DNA from: an uncultured Thermoplasmata archaeon
GTDB lineage: Archaea > Thermoplasmatota > Thermoplasmata > Lutacidiplasmatales > UBA184
Reading direction: 5' to 3'
Length of the DNA: 64,000 nt
Assembly: GCA_963749235.1 (NCBI GenBank)
Contig: CAVVLV010000001.1
Span: 28,920 to 92,919 of the forward strand
The notes under the pieces: model-generated
Databases searched by the model: none
What the model saw: only the letters and a program-made list of their open reading frames with translations
Told to the model about the DNA's origin: nothing
Position numbers and translations under genes: made by a program
Shown: positions 20,710 through 34,806 of the stretch, piece by piece
Layout: every line of letters begins with the position of its first letter
How positions within the stretch are numbered: the first letter of the stretch is position 1

Positions 20710-23700
20710 TCAAGATCGACGTCCCCGTTTCCGACTCACGGCGCCGAGCGCGGCGAACGTCCCCCACGCGGCGAATGCGAGCACCGCCGCCACGCTCACC
20801 GCCGTTCCGGCCACGGTCCAGTCAGAGGGAAGCACCGGCCCATCGGGAATGGGGGCGAAGGTGATGTGCAACGACAGCGGCCCCCCACTTACAGACAAGG
20901 TTCCCTCTCGGGGTGAAGCGGAGTAACCGTGAGGCCCTACGATGCTGTACGCGAAGCTGCCGTTCCGGATCTCGAACGTGTCGCTGGTGTCGGTTGAGAG
21001 GGTGACCAGGGTCCAGAGGGTGACCCTCCATCCACTACCCCCCGGTAGCCCCGACTCCGAGAACGTTACGGTGTAGTTGATCGGGCGGAAGAGGATCCGA
21101 ACCTCGAGCGACGTCCCGTTCATCGAAACCGATCCCGATGCCGGCGTGGGCGCGAATCCTTCCGGTCCGTGGACCCGATAGGTGTGCGTACCGTTGGAGA
21201 CGAGAGCCATCGTCCACGCGCCGCCCGAGTTGTACGACGCCCCGTCGACCGTGACCGACCACTGGGGGGCCGGTCCAAGCCCCGACTCGTTCCAGACGAG
21301 CCAGGTACAGGTCGACCTGCGTGAAGTTGACCGATACTTGCACGGGCGCTCCCTGCACCTCGAAACCGGCGTGCTGGGGGTGGGCGGCAAAGCCCAGGAT
21401 CGGGGTTACCCGGTACCCGAACGAACCGTTGATCTCGACCGTGGAGACCACCGGGCCGACTGAGGAATAGGTCGCATTGCGAACGGTGACGGACCATGCG
21501 GTTCCCGAGGGGAGCCCCGCTTCGACAAAATCGACCGGGAAGGCGGCCGCTGGCGGCGTGCGTTGGAGAAACGCGACGACCGTCGTTAGCGGGGCGCCGT
21601 TCACCATCACCGAAGCATTGGTGGGGATCGAGCGGTATCCGGAGACCGCTCCGACCTGGAATCCGTAGGTGGCGTTGACCAGTAGGAACACGATGGCCGA
21701 ACCCGAAGCGGATTCGGTCACGTTCCGGACGGTCACCGTCCAATCGATCCCGGCGGGGAGGCCGGTCTCGTTGAATGTGACGGCGAATTCGGCCGGGGGG
21801 TGGTACTGAGGGATGAACGAGATCATGATTGTCTGGGGACTGCCCTCGATCGAGAACGAGAAATTCTTCGGGGTGGACCGGTACCCGCTTACCGCCCCGA
21901 CCTGGAAGCCATAGGTGCCGTTCTTCTCGAGGAAGGCGAGGCTGGTCGTGGAGGACCACTCGGTAACGGCACGAACCGATACGCTCCAATTCGTTCCCGT
22001 GGGCAGCCCAATCTCCTCAAAGGTGGCCCAGTACCGAGGGGGGCGGGGGTGGCGGCGGAGTTCGCTTGATGAAGGTCACCTCTACCGTGACATTGGCCCC
22101 ATCGATCGAGACTGAACTGTTCTCCGGCGCGGCCCGATATCCCGGAACGGCTCCGACCTCGTAGCCGTAGGTGCCGTTCGTTTCTGCTATGAGGAGGCTC
22201 GCGGTGGAGCTCTGGTACGCCGTCCCCCGGATGGTAACGGTCCAGGGTGTGCCGGCGGGCAGGTTCTGTTCCAGGAACGTCACGAAGTAGGCTGGGGTGA
22301 AAAACGCCTTCTCGGTGATCGGTCCGGTGGGGGCGATGGTGACCGGATTCGCCTTTCCGGTGTAGCTGCCCGGTCCGTACCCGGTCCAACGGGAGAAAGC
22401 CTCCCCAGGATTGGCCGACGCCGTGAGTACAGCCGTCGCGCTGGCGTTCAGCCACGAAACGGTCGGGGACACGTTGCCCCCGCCGTCGGGCACCGACGTG
22501 ACGTTGACGGACCATTGGGTGGAGAAGTTGACCGGGTCGATTGTGGGAACGCTTCCCACGGTCAGCGGACTTGTGAGGAACGGTTCCAATCGTTCGACCG
22601 GAACCTTCTCGACTCCGTTCAGCGGAAGGGAGACCGGCTCGGAGTCCGGGGTATAGGTCCCCGGGGGAAGGAAGGTCGAGATCGTGCCAGAGTTGTTGGA
22701 AGTCAGTAGGAGATTATCCACCCGGACGTACCATCGTGTGGAGACCGGGAGCCCCGAAGCCGGGAACGTCACCGGTACCCCGACTAGGGAGGGGTATGCC
22801 TCGAATACCACCAGCGATTGGTTGCGCATCGTGAAGTTCTGTGGGAGTCCGCCGGGAAAGTACTGACTGGTGGGTTCGACCGTGGTCGCGACGGCCGTAA
22901 CGTTCCCGTTCAGATTCGCGAGGGTTCCGTTCCAGTACCACGCCTCAACGGGTACGCCCGTGCCGATCCCGGGCAGTTGGGGCGTGAAGTTCACGCTCGT
23001 GGTGAGGTTCAGGTCGACGGCCATCAGGTCTGCGCGATTCCCTGCGGCCGGGTCAACCGTGGCGACCGCGTAGAGGTTCGAATGCAGGGTGGAGTTGGAG
23101 TTCGATTCATTGCCGAAGTACAGGCTGGAGTTCGGCGGGAGCAAAGTGGTGGGGTAGACTTCCGTACCCAGGTGGGGGAGCACTTCGCTGTAGAGCGTGT
23201 AATCGGGGCGGGGGATGAGGCTCGAGGGCGGAAACCAAGAATTGGTGGTGTTGAGAACAGCTGCATAGAGGTCGAGGTTGGTGAGGTTGAGGCTGATCGA
23301 TTGCACGATCTGCGCGGCCAGGTCGAGGGCCCCGGGGAAACCCAAGCCGGTACTGGCTGTAGTTCCAGTGGGAGAGGGACGAGCCCACCTCCGTCACGTA
23401 GACGGGGACGGGCTCGCACGAGAGCCCGGCACAAAGCTTGGTAGTCTCGTTCGAGATCGCACTTCGGATCCCCGTGATCCGGGCGGCCAGGCCCGCTGGA
23501 CTCGCGATGGTCCCGTAGAACTGGGCGAGGGTCGGGACGCCAAACTTTCCGGCGGGGTAGTCGTGGAACGCGATTCCCGCGAGGTTGTCGTTCGGGGTGC
23601 CGTTCGGGTTCAGGAGGTTGACCGATACGGTCGCATTCACCCAATCGGAAACCGAGAGGTGGTTCTCGGGGCGGCCGGTCGCGGGCACTCCCAGGATCTG

Positions 23701-24459
23701 GATGTGCGGGTCGACCAGTCGCAAGGCTTGCGTGTAGTTCTGGACCTCGTACGTGTACTCGAGCGGGGTGACCAACTTGTTGTTGTGCCCGACCTTGTTG
23801 TTGTAGCTGGTGCAGAGGGGCTTCGTCCAGTCGTCCCAAGGACAATTCCAGTCCTTCCACAGCTCCGGCTCGTTCCCGATCTCCCACGCGGCCGGCGTGA
23901 AGTTGAGAATGTGCTCGGTGTAGTACACCACCTGCTGGGCGAGGGTAGTGTTGTTGACTTCTCCCGGAACCTGCAGGATCGCGGTGCAGTGGATCGACTC
24001 GCACAATGCGACGAACTGGGCCTCGTTGGCGACGGCAACGGTGTGGGTTGCGCCCACGTCGTAGAGCAGTGTAGGTCCGCTCGTATTGCCGCTGACCGAG
24101 GCCGAACCGTTCATCGGATTGATGGAGATGTTGAGCGAGGTGGGAATGGGATCGTACTCATCCCCGGCAGCGGCGCCCGGCCAAACCAAGACGTGGGATG
24201 GGGTCGCGGCGATCAGGTCGCTCAGGTTGGAGTGGAGGTCGGCCCGGGGCGTGACGGTGGTTCCCCAGTAATCGAGGGAGAGATTAAACCCGGTCTTGTT
24301 CATCTGCAGCGACACGGGCACGACACCAGGGTTTCCAAATGGCGCCCCCGAATTCAGCGCGGGCCGGCCATTCGAACCGCTGCTCGCCGAGATGCCCGAT
24401 GGGATGAGAAGCAGGAGGACAACCACCCCTAGTACGGACCATGCTCGGATTCCCATCAC
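20710..24459 (-). CDS. GH79-like surface hydrolase with repeat stalk and TM anchor (GH2); three indels (~23340, ~22050, ~21300)
   Basis: Segments join into a colinear paralogue of GH1: GDEYDPIPT, PGEVNNTTLAQQ, WEIGNEPELW, VYVTEVGSS, seven GLP repeats, PIPDGP-TM-RKRGRRS. Confidence 0.72.
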
Positions 24460-24750
24460 GCGCTCCCCTCTCGGCCTCGAGCCAGATGATCGATCTCTCG
24501 TGGCGAGTCACACATTTGGAAGGGGTAGTTCCTAAACGTTTCTGCGCGAACCGGCGCGGACCGAGTTCTCGGGATGACAAACAGACGGGCGGGGAAGAAC
24601 GCGGATTCGCCGTCCATCCCTTCGCAATGGCGGCGGAGGAGGCCCCGGGGGAGCGGGAGCATACGCCGATCTCGCGTGGTTCGCTGGAGCTGGCTGGCCC
24701 GTGCCCGAACGACGTGGCCGTGCCTTCGACGTAAGTTCGAGCCCATGGTT

Positions 24751-26879
24751 TCAGAAGAACTCGCTCGCCGCGCCGTACCGGACCGTGCCAAAGCCCTCGA
24801 ACCGGTAGACTGCCTTGATGATGCCGAGGAAGGGCCACGCCGCGATCCAAGGGAGGACATCGTACCGCCGCAGTCGGATCAAGAAGTACGCGAGCGGGAT
24901 CGCGCGAAGTGCGATCAGGGCCACGAGCAAGTAGAACGCATGAAGGATCCCGGGGAGCCCGAGGAACACCGCGAGCAATGCGAGGTAGACGTACACGAGG
25001 CTTCGCGCGCCGGCGTGCAGCACAAGGAGATAGTAGAACAACACCGCCAGACCGCCAAATTCCGGTGCCGCGGAAAATATCGCAGGGTAGTGGCGAGCGT
25101 TCGCGAACACGCCGCCCCGTGTCCATCGGATGCGTTGCCGTCGGAGAGTGGCGTACGTGGGCGGGACATCCTCGTAAGCGATCGCTTCGAACGCTAGGCA
25201 GACCCGATAGCCCACCCGCTGGAGCCGGATCGAGATCTCGGTATCTTCCCCGTTCCAAGGTTGCCATCCGCCGAGTTCCACGAGATCCTTCCGACGGAAG
25301 AGCGAGAAAGCTCCGTCCAGGACCTCGGCGGCCCGAGCGCCCATCCCCGCTGGCCGGACAAAGAGGTGTTGCCACGCGATCTCCATCGCCCGTAGCTTTC
25401 GGGTCCACCCGGTCTTCTGGCGGGGTTGCAACTGTCCTTGCACCCCGCCCACCTCGGGGTCGGCAAAGTAAGAGACAGCCGGGCCGAACCCGGTTTCCGC
25501 TGAGATTCGTGTGTCGGCGTCACAGCGGATCACGATCTCGCCCGTGGCGAGGGCGAGTGCCCCGTTGAGGGCGCTTGATTTGCCGCCGTGCGGAAGGTCG
25601 ACGACCGTCCCGGTCATGTGGTGCAGTTGCGCGATCGCATTCCGCGCGACCTCGGAAGTGCGGTCCGTCGAGCCGTCGTTCCCGATCACGATCGATACGG
25701 GTCCGGGGTAATTCGCCGCGGCCTGGTCCGCCGCGAGGATCGCGTCCCGGATCTCGGCCTCTTCGTTGTACGCCGGGACGACGAGCGTCACCGAGGGATG
25801 GTAATCGGCGAGCGAAGGCCGCGGGTGCCGTCTCCGTTGACGGAAGTAGAAGGGACGAACCATCACCGCCCAGATCGGGATCGCAACGGCCGGGAGGAGC
25901 AGTAGGGCGGTGAAGGCCGGGATGATCCCGTTGAGGGCCAGGTAGATGCTGACGTAGTAGATCGCGACGCCTCCGGTGAGGATCGCGACGCTCCCCAGCC
26001 CGAGGAACAAGGCGAGAGCACGCCGGTCCCGGGGGAACCGAGTCGCCACCCGAGGGAGGGGAGCGGGGAACGAGAACGTGCAGTACATCACGAGCGTCAG
26101 GAAGATTCCGCCGGTCAGGGCGCGGACGACCAGAGAGAGGTTACGGACCGGATCTCCCGGGATCGTGAAGAACAGGGCGTCGATGACCAACTCCACGCCG
26201 ACGTAGAGAAGGAGGAGTCCGGCCCCAGGACCCATCGTATTGCTGGGAGCCGTCCCTTCCGTATGCGAAGCCCATTCGCCAACAGCCAAGTGGTCGTCAA
26301 GGCGAGGTACATCGGGAAGATGTAATCGTAGACCAGCGGTGGGCCAACGGACTGACTATAGACCCCAGGCCACGGCTGGGGCCAGTAGATCGCCTGCCCC
26401 ATCCACCCGACCAGTCGGTCGTAGGGGCCGAAGAACTCGTGGTAAAACAGGAGCAAGATGGAGGCCAGTCCGACAAAGACGAGCAACAGCGCGAGCGAGA
26501 ATCGGTTGTCCCGGGGCACCGGGGTCGAGCCGGAATGGGTAGGGAGCGCGACGGACCCGGCTGTGTGCTCGGCCGCCGTCCATACATCCACCGTCACGTT
26601 GCGAGTTTCGGGTACTTCGGGACCCGGGTGCGCCGGTGCGGTGCCGCGAGTCCGAAGGAAGCGCACGGCTCGGTAGAGCGCGTACCCGAGGCCGAACCCT
26701 ACCGGGATCGCTCCGAGCGGGATGCCGGCATGCAGGAGTTCAGCGTAAACGGAGGTTAGGAATACCGGGATCGCAACGAACATCACCCCACGGCCGGGTT
26801 CGGTTGCCCCCCACACGGGTTGCCTACCGACGTTGCCTTCGCTCACCCCGCGGCTTACGGGGTTGGACCCGGGCCTCAA
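24751..26879 (-). CDS. Processive GT2 polysaccharide synthase with N-terminal multi-TM domain (GT2b); indel near 26250-26290
   Basis: VPAYNEE, GNDGSTD, GGKSSALN, RCDAD, GEDTE, RQRIRW. TTG start overlaps the GH3 stop (TTGA). Confidence 0.85.
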
Positions 26880-29800
26880 CGGGGCAACGCGTCCTCGTGG
26901 TAATCCGGGGCCACGTGAGAGCTGAGGGGAGGCTCCGAATCTTCAATGTATTCCGGCAGTGCGGAGGTCGGCGTCGCGGTCAGGGCCGTCGTGTTCGGCC
27001 GGGATCGACGGCTGAAGACCAAGAAGGTGGCAAGCCCGACCAACGCCAAGACGCCCACGACCGCGAGGGCTCGGCCGACTTCCGTCCACTCGGACGGAGG
27101 CGGGGGCGGACTGGGGAGGCCGAGGGTGAGGGCAATGATCTGGGGGGCTCCGGCTACGACCACCGTTCCGCCCCCGGGGGTGACGTAGCGACCCGACGGC
27201 GGTGTGACTCCGTAGTGGAAGGTTCCGTTGGCGACGAAGAAGGTCAGGACCGCGTTCGAGGAAGTGGCGTTCTGGCCGGCGAAACTGACGGACCAGTTCA
27301 GGCCGGGAGCCAGGGTCCCGACCGAGAACGTCACGGTGTACCGCGGAGGGGGAACCGGGGTCCATCGGACCCCGAGGGTGATCCCGCTCCCGGAGACCGT
27401 GATCCCTCCCTCCGGCGGGCTGGCCTGATATCCTGTCACGTTCCCGAACTGGTAGGTGTAGGTCCCGTTCAGGAGCGGGATTTGTAGATCCGATGTCGTC
27501 GAGTTGACCTGTTCGGAACGGACGGTCACCGACCATCGGGTGCCGTTGGGGAGCCCGGATTCTTCCCAAACAATTGGGTAGAAGACCGGGATCACCGAGA
27601 AGTCGAGGGTCATCGATACATCCGCGCCGGCCACGGTAAAGTACAACGACGCCGGGTGCACGGTGAACCCGGTCTCGTTCGCCACTTGGAACCCGTACGT
27701 GCCGTTGAACTCGGCAAGGACGAGGATTGGGGTGGTCCGGAGGTAGGTGGTGTTCCGGATCGTGACCGACCACTCCCGCCCCGCGGGGAGACCGGACTCC
27801 GTGAAGGTAACGGAATAGAGGACACGTAGGGCGGTGAACGTCACCGGGATCGTGACGTTGCTGCCCGCCACACTCACGAACGAGGAAACGGGGTGGACGG
27901 TGTACCCGGTCACATTCGGCACCTGGAACGCGTACGTGCCGTTGGGTTCCTGGACGACCACGGTCGAACCAACCCCGGCCAAGGGAACGCCCCGGAGAAG
28001 GACCGACCACGGGGTCCCGGTCGCCAGGCCGGACTCGACAAAACTCACCGAGTACCCCTCCGCGAAGATAGCCCGCTCATGGAGCGGTGCTCGCACGGTG
28101 AAGGTCGTGGGGTTCCGCGAGCCGCTATAGTTCCCCGGTCCCCAGCCATACCACGCTAGGAATCCGTATCCCGGACTCGGTGTGGCCGTCAGGGTGACGG
28201 TCGAGTTCACGTCGGCCCAGACTGTCGAGGGAGAGATCGTGCCGCTGGCGAGCGGGGTCACGGCCAGTTTCACGGAGTACTGGAGGAAGTACGGGACCGA
28301 GATGTTGACCCCGGCCGTGGAGAGCGTGAACTCGACGGACGGTCCCGGCGCATACCGTTCGGTGGTCAGATGGCCCGCGATTCCCACGACGGGGCCCGGC
28401 ACGGTCGCGTAGGATCCCGGTCGCAGGAAGAGGGTGATCGTGGGCGTCGAGGAGGTCGCGGTCTGGTTGCCGACGCCTACGAACCATCGAGTATCGCTCG
28501 GCAATCCGGTCTCCGTGAGTCGCACGGGTGCCGCTCCCCCGGGGAGCGCTTCGAAGAGGACGACCGATTGCTCGGGAAGGGTCCAGTTCGCCGGCAGGCC
28601 CCCGGGGTAGAATTCGGGAGTTGGGTTGGGAGTTGCCCGGCGCGACGTTATTGCCGTTCGGCCCGGAGATGTTCGTGCCGTTCCACTCCCAGATCTCCAC
28701 GGGGTCCCCGGCAGCGTCAGCCGGAGAGCCCCGGAGCGAACGAGACGTTGTTGAACTGGTTCAAGTTGGCGACCATCAGGTCCTCCCGGCCTCCCGCCGC
28801 GGGGTCGACCGTCGCGGTCGCGTAGAGGTTCCCGCTCACTCCGGGATCGCCTTTCACGGTCAACGTCGCCGGATACACGACCGGACCCAAGTGACTCAGG
28901 AAGTCGGTGTAGAGGGTGTAGAGCGGATGGGGGCTCCCGGAGATCGTATACCAGGAGTTGCAGGTGTCGAGGACGGCCGCGTAGGCCTCCACGGTCGTGA
29001 TGTTCACCGCGAACGCCTGGACGAACTCGGCGGCCATGAACAGGGCGCCGGCGAACCCCTCGCTGTAGTTGATCCCGTCCGGACGATGCGAGATCGCGGA
29101 TCCCATCTCGGTGTACATCACCGGTTCGGGTCCACATCCCAGCGCCTTGCAGCTCGGGCTGTAGGCGAGGGCCTCATGGATCCAGTTCTCCAGGTTCGGC
29201 ATGCGTCCTGGGATCGAGTTGTAGTTGGAGACGTTGAGATAGTGGTAGAATGTGGTGAGCGAGTTGGTCGAACCGGAAACATCCGGGTAGACGTGGACCG
29301 CCATTCCGGAGATGTTGGGGCCGTTCAGGGCGACCGTGGCGTTGATCCAGTTGTACAGGACCCCCCCAGGCCCGACCCCGGGAATCCCGATGAACTTGAA
29401 GCCCGGGTCGACCTTATCGATCGCCTGCGTATAGTTCCACTCTTCCGAAGCATACTGGGCGGCGTTCGGGGGGCCGGTGTAGCCGGTCCAGTCCGCCCAT
29501 TTGGCCGAGTAGGAGCTCCAGTGGTACCAGAGACCCGGCTCGTTCCCGATCTCCCAGTACGCCGGGGTGAACGAGAGGTTCTGCTCGGTGAACTGGACCA
29601 CCTGGGCCGCGAAGGTCGCATTGTTGATCTCTCCGGGTAGCTCCATGATGGCGGTGCAGTTGATCGACTTGCACCAGGTGACGAACTGGGCCTCGCTCGT
29701 CGGCGCGGTGCGATAGTCCGTGGAGCTGGAGTAGAGCTGGTTGTTGAACGGGTCGTAATCGTCGCCCGCGAACGCCCCTGGCCAGAGGGCGACCCGAGTT

Positions 29801-30066
29801 CCGGCGGCGCTGATCAGGGCGGATTCGTTCGCGAAGAATGGGGATCTCGCGGACACGGTCGTGCCCCAGAAGCTCTGGTTGAGCACGACGGCACTCGAAT
29901 CCATACTGAGGGTCGCGTTCAGGGCCGAGCCCGATAGAGGTTGGAGCGCGATGCCGAGGGAGGGTGGGGCCTGGGCGATCACGCCCCCCAACCCAAACCC
30001 GGAGACGACCACGAGCAAGGCCACCGTCGTACCGAAGAGTGCGAGGAGCGGACGGGTGGAGTGCAT
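26876..30066 (-). CDS. GH79-like surface hydrolase with shorter repeat stalk, TM anchor and acidic tail (GH3); two indels (~28750, ~28630)
   Basis: Signal peptide MHSTRPLLALFG, WEIGNEPGLW, VMYTEMGSA, five GLP-type repeats, TM, tail ending PDYHEDALPR. Confidence 0.72.
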
Positions 30067-30296
30067 GGATCGTTTGCAACCGGGCACGGGGCCGCGGGGG
30101 TCCCGGTGGGGTGATGTATATCTTGCGAGAGGGGGTTGTTAATCCTTCCGACAAGGCCCGACCGGGCTTTCGGACCACGGTCCCCTGGTCGCCGAGGGTT
30201 GTCCCGAGATTTCGGACGGCCCGGCCCTTCGCGAGTGTCTCACGGCCCCGGCGGAGCCTCGGGGTGGGCGGACGTCACGCGCGGCGCCCGGGAGGG

Positions 30297-30306
30297 ATTA
30301 AATATA
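30297..30306 (+). promoter_or_regulatory. TATA box of the 23S rRNA transcription unit
   Basis: attaaatata in a GC-rich background, preceded by purine-rich ggaggg, about 135 nt before the processing stem. Confidence 0.55.
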
Positions 30307-30440
30307 ACGCGTTGGTGCGAGACGAGGCCGCGCCACGGCGCAGCTGTTCGGTCGGCACATGCACCCGCAGAGGCTTTGGGCCTCTCCGGGGAAGGGCGAG
30401 GGCTCGCCGCCCAACCCGGCAGCGGGCCGATGACGCCGAT

Positions 30441-33448
<3,008 letters not shown>

Positions 33449-33449
33449 G

Positions 33450-33460
33450 TTTCTTTTTTT
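33450..33460 (+). terminator. Oligo-T terminator of the 23S unit
   Basis: tttcttttttt immediately after the stem's 3' arm. Confidence 0.7.
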
Positions 33461-33525
33461 GAAAGAAACTTCGACCACCGGGCCGACCGGCTCGACCGCA
33501 GCGGGGGGCGGGGTTAAGGTCGCGA

Positions 33526-33945
33526 GTGACCTCGGAACCCGATAGGCCGACGATGCCGAGTCTGGGAGCCCCGCGCACCCATTGGCCGGTCGTCGCCTGG
33601 ATCCGGCTGACCCTCCCGGTCCGCCCTGCTCTGATTCTTCTCACCCCCGGAGTGGCTCCCCCGCCCAACCCCCCGCTCGATATTCTACTGCCTAACCCCG
33701 TTACGACCGACCCCCGGAAGCGCGTGTACGCCTACGAGGAGGAGCGCGGCGACTGGGTCGTGCGCCTCGTCTGGGACGCGGACGACCCCGAGATCCTCGA
33801 AGCCGAGTGTCGCATGCCCCTCTACGACCGGCGCCTTCCGACGGAGGAGGTCGGCCGCTTCTGGGGGGCGGTCAAGGAACTGATCGTTCCCCTGGGACCT
33901 CTTCGGGTCGAGTCGGCCGACCCGAGGCCTGTACCGAAGGGCTGA
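33526..33945 (+). CDS. Hypothetical protein
   Basis: ORF after a ttaagg TATA-like box; globular-looking C-terminal half; no family recognised. Confidence 0.5.
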   Translation: MTSEPDRPTMPSLGAPRTHWPVVAWIRLTLPVRPALILLTPGVAPPPNPPLDILLPNPVTTDPRKRVYAYEEERGDWVVRLVWDADDPEILEAECRMPLYDRRLPTEEVGRFWGAVKELIVPLGPLRVESADPRPVPKG

Positions 33946-34005
33946 GGCCGGACGAGCCGGGGCCCGGGTCGTTACGGTTAAGGCGGACTTTAGGTCCGAA
34001 GGCTC

Positions 34006-34791
34006 GTGCTGCGATCCACCTTCCTCCATCTCCCCGGCATCGGGCCGGCCACCGAGGTCGCCCTCTGGCGCGACGGAGTACGGGACTGGCGGGAGCTCAC
34101 GGAGCTCGTCTCCCACGCCGACTGGAGCCCCAAGCACCGGGACCGGGTCGTGCAGGAGTTGGAGGGCAGCGAACGCGCGCTCGCGGAAGGGGACCCCGCC
34201 TGGTTCGGGCGGCGTCTCCCCGAATCGGAACACTGGCGTCTCTATTCCCACTTCCGCGAACGGACCGCCTTCCTCGACATCGAAACGACCGGTCTCTCTC
34301 CCTACGGAGGGATGGTCACGGTCGTGGCCGTCCACGGAGGCGGGACGACCCGGAGCTTCATCGCGGGGGAGGACCTCGAGGAACTGCCGGCGTACCTCCG
34401 ACGGTTTCCCATCCTCGTGACCTTCAACGGGCGTCACTTCGACGTCCCATTCCTCCAGGCCTCCTTCCCGGCGCTCGTGGCGCCGCCGGTGCACATCGAC
34501 CTGCGCTTCGTCTTCTATCGGCTCGGCCTGGCCGGGGGTCTCAAGCGGATCGAGGAACACCTTGGGATCGGCGATCGCTCCGGGGTCGAAGGAATCCGGG
34601 GGCTCGACGCGGTCCGCCTCTGGAAGGAGTATCGTGCGGGCGACCCCCAGTCACTGGAGAGGCTCGTGCGGTACAATCGCGCCGACACAGTCAACTTGGA
34701 ACCGTTGCTGGAACGCGCTTCGACCGATCTCGAACGTCGGTTGCTCGGTCCAGGGTCGACCGGCCCGGCCACACGGCGGATCCCTGCCTAG
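34006..34791 (+). CDS. YprB/MrfB-like RNase H-fold (DEDD) 3'-5' exonuclease with N-terminal HhH
   Basis: FLHLPGIGP, FLDIETTGL, TFNGRHFDVPFL, GGLKRIE, YNRADTVNL. Confidence 0.85.
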   Translation: MLRSTFLHLPGIGPATEVALWRDGVRDWRELTELVSHADWSPKHRDRVVQELEGSERALAEGDPAWFGRRLPESEHWRLYSHFRERTAFLDIETTGLSPYGGMVTVVAVHGGGTTRSFIAGEDLEELPAYLRRFPILVTFNGRHFDVPFLQASFPALVAPPVHIDLRFVFYRLGLAGGLKRIEEHLGIGDRSGVEGIRGLDAVRLWKEYRAGDPQSLERLVRYNRADTVNLEPLLERASTDLERRLLGPGSTGPATRRIPA

Positions 34792-34806
34792 CACGTCGCC
34801 CCGAGT

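Noticed and set aside
20710-30066. Programmed frameshifting or phase variation in GH2 and GH3
   Set aside because: Break density is comparable with the errors in housekeeping genes and there is no consistent slippery motif; cannot be separated from sequencing error without reads.
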